NCBI GenBank assembly: GCA_964291655.2
Contig: OZ219802.1
Span: 1,312,001 to 1,376,000 of the forward strand
Direction: 5' to 3'
DNA length: 64,000 nucleotides
DNA from: Chloroflexota bacterium
GTDB taxonomy: Bacteria > Chloroflexota > UBA11872 > VXOZ01
The position numbers and the translations under genes were made by a program. Shown piece after piece: positions 60,127 to 64,000 of this stretch (its first letter is position 1; each line of letters starts with the position of its first letter). The notes under the pieces were generated by a model. It was not told the DNA's origin, made no database searches, and worked only from the letters and a program-made list of their open reading frames with translations.

Positions 60127-60312
60127 CTCTTAGCGGGTTCTGTGGTTTTTCGTTGCCGGAAAAGTGCCATCTGAGTGAAGAAACACTACGGGTTTTGGCG
60201 CACAGAGTCGCACGGTTCACTTTCCGATCTCCTTGCTGTGTTGGCAGAACGCCCGGTGGATAAATGAAGTACGTCGATGAGCAGCAACGCACATTACCGG
60301 CAGCGCCGGAAT

Positions 60313-60554
60313 TATAAATGTCAGGTAATTCGTTGACAGATTTGAGAACAAAAGCAACTGAACGCAGTACTCTACATGAACAGTACACATGTCATTCCGA
60401 ACGGAGCGCAGCGAAGAGAGGAATCTAAGATGTTGAGCCTACTGGGCGACACGTTGCATGGGCCCTAGATTCCTCGCTCCGCTCGGAATGACATGATCTG
60501 TCAACACTGCCAATTTGGAAGAGTATTCTGTCAACGATTTACTCAACACTTACA
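60313..60554 (+). mobile_element. MITE-like element, copy 3 (242 bp)
   Basis: Near-identical to copy 2; GGAAT at 60308..60312 and 60555..60559; left end reads TATA rather than TGTA. Confidence 0.88.
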
Positions 60555-60633
60555 GGAATGACGGATTGTGCAATCGTCTCCTTGAAGGCGACTAGCCAGA
60601 ACTCTAGACCTGCTGGAAAGGCCAATACGAGCA

Positions 60634-62169
60634 GTGGAGTCACAATCAACCACGACATTTCAACCGTTTCGCGACCAGCTTGAAACGGCGTTCGATCAGT
60701 TTGCGCAGCGGCCGGCGCTGACGTATCAGGACGCGACGTGGACTTATGCCGAGCTGGACGCGCGCACCCGCGCGGCGGCGAGGTACCTGCAAAAGCAGGG
60801 CCTGCGGTCGGGCGAGCGGGTGATCCTCTACACGGCGGACAAGCGCGCGCTGCTGCTGGCGCACCTGGGCGCGATCCGGGCGGGCGGCGTCTCGCTGCCG
60901 CTGAATTCAAAGTTTACGCCGCGCGAGATGGAATACTACGCCCGGGACAGCGGTGCGGTGCTCGCGGTGGGCGGCAACGCCGAATTGCCGGTGCTGCAGG
61001 CGCTGGTGGACGACGCGGAGACCCCGCTCAAAGGCGTGCTACATGCCGATGAATTCCTGGCGTTAGAGCCGCAAGCCACGGTCTCTTTGCCGGATTCCAC
61101 CGCAGCGGACTGGGCGCTGCTGCTCTACTCGTCCGGCACTACCGGCCAGCCCAAGGGCGTGGTGCACACGCACGCCAATCTCGGCGCGGCGGTGCGCTCG
61201 CTGGCTGACTGCTGGGCGTTTACGCCGGACGACGTGCTCGTGAATGTGCTGCCGTTCTTTCATATCCATGGCCTCTCGTTTGCCAGCCACGTGAACTTCC
61301 TCACCGGCGCCCATATGCTGATGGCCGACCAGTTTCACCCGGTGCGCACGTTGGACTTCATCGACCGCGCCACGGTCTTCATGGCCATTCCGCCCATGTA
61401 CTACCAGTTCTTGAACCGGCCGGAGTTTCGCTCCCACGCGGAAAACTGGTCGCACGTGCGGCTGTTTACGTGCGGTTCCGCACCAATTCGTCCCGAAGTG
61501 CTACCGGAACTGGAAGGTATTTTGAAGAGTCCGCTCATTAACCGGTATGGGATGACCGAGAGCCACGTGATTGCCAGCCTGCCCATCGACAAGCCCAGCG
61601 TGCAGGGCTCGGTGGGACTGCCGCTGGACGGCGTCGAAATGACCATGGTCGAGGATGGCTCCACCACCAAGGACGGCCACGCCGTAGGCGAGGTGCACGT
61701 GCGCGGCCCGGTGATCTTCGACCACTATCTCAACCGGCCGGAAGCCACCGCTGAGGCCTTTGCCCACGAGGGATTTTTTGCCACCGGCGACCTAGGTTTT
61801 TTGAATCACCAAGGGTACTTGACGCTCATCGGGAGAAAGGTCGACCTCATCATCACCAAGGGCTTCAATGTCTACCCGCCCATGGTCGAGCGCGTGCTCA
61901 ACGATTGCCCCGGCGTGAAGGAGTCCGCCGTGTTCGGCCTGCCTGACGACCTGCGCGGGGAAAAAGTGGTGGCCGTGGTGGTGAAAGACCCCGAGGCAGC
62001 GCAAGAGGCAACGCCCCGCAACATCCGCGACTTCTGCCGCGAACGCAGCGTGGACTACCAGGTGCCGTCCGACGTCTACTTCGCGGAAGAACTCCCCCGC
62101 AACGCCATGGGCAAGGTGCTGAAACGCGAACTGCGCGACGGCTTGCTGTCGGAGGGTGGCAAGCGGTGA
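60634..62169 (+). CDS. AMP-binding acyl-CoA synthetase (malonyl-CoA synthetase-like)
   Basis: YSSGTTGQPKG, LPFFHIHGL, RYGMTE, TGDLG, PRNAMGKV. Confidence 0.88.
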   Translation: MESQSTTTFQPFRDQLETAFDQFAQRPALTYQDATWTYAELDARTRAAARYLQKQGLRSGERVILYTADKRALLLAHLGAIRAGGVSLPLNSKFTPREMEYYARDSGAVLAVGGNAELPVLQALVDDAETPLKGVLHADEFLALEPQATVSLPDSTAADWALLLYSSGTTGQPKGVVHTHANLGAAVRSLADCWAFTPDDVLVNVLPFFHIHGLSFASHVNFLTGAHMLMADQFHPVRTLDFIDRATVFMAIPPMYYQFLNRPEFRSHAENWSHVRLFTCGSAPIRPEVLPELEGILKSPLINRYGMTESHVIASLPIDKPSVQGSVGLPLDGVEMTMVEDGSTTKDGHAVGEVHVRGPVIFDHYLNRPEATAEAFAHEGFFATGDLGFLNHQGYLTLIGRKVDLIITKGFNVYPPMVERVLNDCPGVKESAVFGLPDDLRGEKVVAVVVKDPEAAQEATPRNIRDFCRERSVDYQVPSDVYFAEELPRNAMGKVLKRELRDGLLSEGGKR

Positions 62170-62618
62170 TGGCTTGTTGGGGAATCCGCGGACTCGATAC
62201 TGAGATGTATTGAAAGGCGAGGTATATAGGGGAGTCCTGTGGAAACCAACTGCCTGGGCTGTCATACCTTCGACTGCGCTCAAGACAGGTCTGAGGAGCC
62301 TTGCGACAAGCCTGTCTTGAGCCTGCCGAATGGCTCAGTCTAAACTCCGCGACGAAGAATATAGAATGCATGCGCTTTAGATTCCGCGAACCCTGTTCGA
62401 CGCTACGCTCGGAATGACATTCCAATGGAACATGGAATCGATAGCTATTCGTAGCGCGGGGGCTTGTCCCCCGCCTCTTGATTCAGACGTGAGGCCAGGT
62501 CGCCAAACGTCCCTCCCTCTACCCCCTATCGCCAATGCAGGCTACACTAGAAAGGTGGCCCGACAACGCAGACGCGGCCCACATTCCAAGAAAGATGGAT
62601 TCCCGCTTTCGCCGGATT

Positions 62619-62860
62619 TGTAGGTGTTGAGTAATTCGTTGACAGAATTCGCTTTACATTCTGAGGAGTTGACGGTGCATGTCATTCCGAGCGGAGCGAG
62701 GAATCTAGGGTCCCTGCTCAACGCACTTTAACGGCTTCAGCACACTAGATTCCTCTCTTCGCTGCGCTTCGTTCGGAATGACATGTGTACATGTCATGTC
62801 TAACTCTGCGAAAGGTTGCTTTTGTTCTCAAATCTGTCAAAGAATTACCTGACATTTACA
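62619..62860 (-). mobile_element. MITE-like element, copy 4 (242 bp, inverted)
   Basis: Reverse orientation of the same IRs; flanks GGATT 62614..62618 and GGAAT 62861..62865. Confidence 0.85.
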
Positions 62861-62935
62861 GGAATGACGGGTTGAGATTGCCACCCATACGAAACTAAAG
62901 ACCAACTGGAACAACCGGCATAACCAACGAAGATC

Positions 62936-64000
62936 ATGAACCAAAAGACCCTAGAACTCCTAGAATTTCCCAAAATCCGCGCTCTGCTTGAAGAGCAGGC
63001 GCACTTTTCCGCCAGCAAGGCGTTGGCGGAGGAGCTCACACCGGCCACGGAGCCGGAGGCCGTAGAGCGCTTGCAGACGGAGACCGCCGAAGCGCGGGAG
63101 CTCTTGCGCCTGCATCCGAATTTCACCATCGGGCCGGCCCACGACGTACGCAGCCTGGTGGACTATGCCGCCCGCGGCGGTGTGCTGGACGCGTCCGCGT
63201 TGCTGGCGGTATCTGACACCATGCGCAGCGGGCGCATGACGCGGGAGATGCTCGTGCGCCGCACCGAGGCATTTCCGCTGCTCAGCCAACTGGCGCGGGA
63301 GATCATGAAGTGCGACCCTTTGCAGGGCGCGATCGAGCAGGCGATTGGGCCGGACGCCGACGTGCTGGATAGCGCCAGCCCGCTGCTGCGCTCGCTGCGC
63401 CTGGACGTGCGCGCGATCCACAACCAACTGCTCGACCGCATGCAGGCGCTCGTGCGGACACCGGAATATCTCGTACATTTACAGGACCCCATCGTCACGC
63501 TGCGGTCGGACCGCTACGTCCTGCCGGTAAAAGCCGAGTTTCGCGGGCGTGTGAAAGGCATCGTCCACGACGAGTCCGCCAGCGGCGCGACGGTCTTCGT
63601 AGAACCGCTGGACGTGGTGGAGATCAACAACCGCTGGCGCAGCGCCCAGCGCGAGGAACAGCGGGAAGTAGACCGCATTTTGCGCGCTCTCTCGACTGAG
63701 GTAGGCGTCTATCAGCAGGAAATCACGGACAACGTGGGGACTTTGGCCGCCATTGACATCATTCTGGCAAAAGCGCGCTACGCCGAGACAATCAAGGCCG
63801 AGCAGCCGACCGTCGTATCCGGCTACCGTTTCTCCTTTCGTCAGGCCAAGCACCCGCTGCTCGCGGGCGAGGTGGTGCCCATAGATGTCTATTTGGGACA
63901 AGACCCCCACCGGGCGCGTGCCCAGCCATTCTATGTGCTCGTCATTACCGGCCCGAACACCGGCGGCAAGACCGTAGCGCTCAAGACCGTCGGGTTGCTG
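62936..64000 (+). CDS. mutS2: Endonuclease MutS2, partial (runs off the window end)
   Basis: MNQKTLELLEFPKI..., DSASP.L, RYVLPVK, GIVHDESASGATVFVEP, AKHPLL, VITGPNTGGKTVALKTVGLL. Confidence 0.92.
   Translation, partial: MNQKTLELLEFPKIRALLEEQAHFSASKALAEELTPATEPEAVERLQTETAEARELLRLHPNFTIGPAHDVRSLVDYAARGGVLDASALLAVSDTMRSGRMTREMLVRRTEAFPLLSQLAREIMKCDPLQGAIEQAIGPDADVLDSASPLLRSLRLDVRAIHNQLLDRMQALVRTPEYLVHLQDPIVTLRSDRYVLPVKAEFRGRVKGIVHDESASGATVFVEPLDVVEINNRWRSAQREEQREVDRILRALSTEVGVYQQEITDNVGTLAAIDIILAKARYAETIKAEQPTVVSGYRFSFRQAKHPLLAGEVVPIDVYLGQDPHRARAQPFYVLVITGPNTGGKTVALKTVGLL

Overview
GC-rich bacterial chromosome window. A Chloroflexota-like, possibly animal/sponge-associated host is inferred from gene content only. 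Housekeeping and catabolic genes include putP-like, hisD, hisB, comA, a larA-family gene, an opp/dpp ABC operon, sugar-acid enzymes, partial mutS2, tRNA-Met and tRNA-Ile2, set among very dense REP-like palindromes. The main items: (1) a ~9 kb candidate sterol-tailoring island sitting among three NIF3-like paralogs, encoding an ERG6/SMT-type C-24 sterol methyltransferase, a Neverland/KshA/SdmA-like Rieske oxygenase, a GOLPH3/GPP34-cytochrome P450 fusion, a COG2907 flavoprotein and an MMPL transporter, with a shared AGTGTACACT palindrome in two of its promoter regions; (2) two tandem membrane-anchored thioredoxin-fold genes with in-frame UGA in the redox motif (UxxC and UxxS), i.e. probable selenoproteins missed by the ORF track; (3) four copies of a ~240 bp TGTA...TACA MITE, each inserted at the GGAAT of a REP with a 5-bp duplication, plus an intact IS481-family element inserted in a different REP; (4) a single-chain restriction-modification protein carrying in-frame translated REP insertions, next to an AT-richer gene with a possible prohead-protease-like N-terminus. 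All assignments come from motif recognition by eye; no searches were run.
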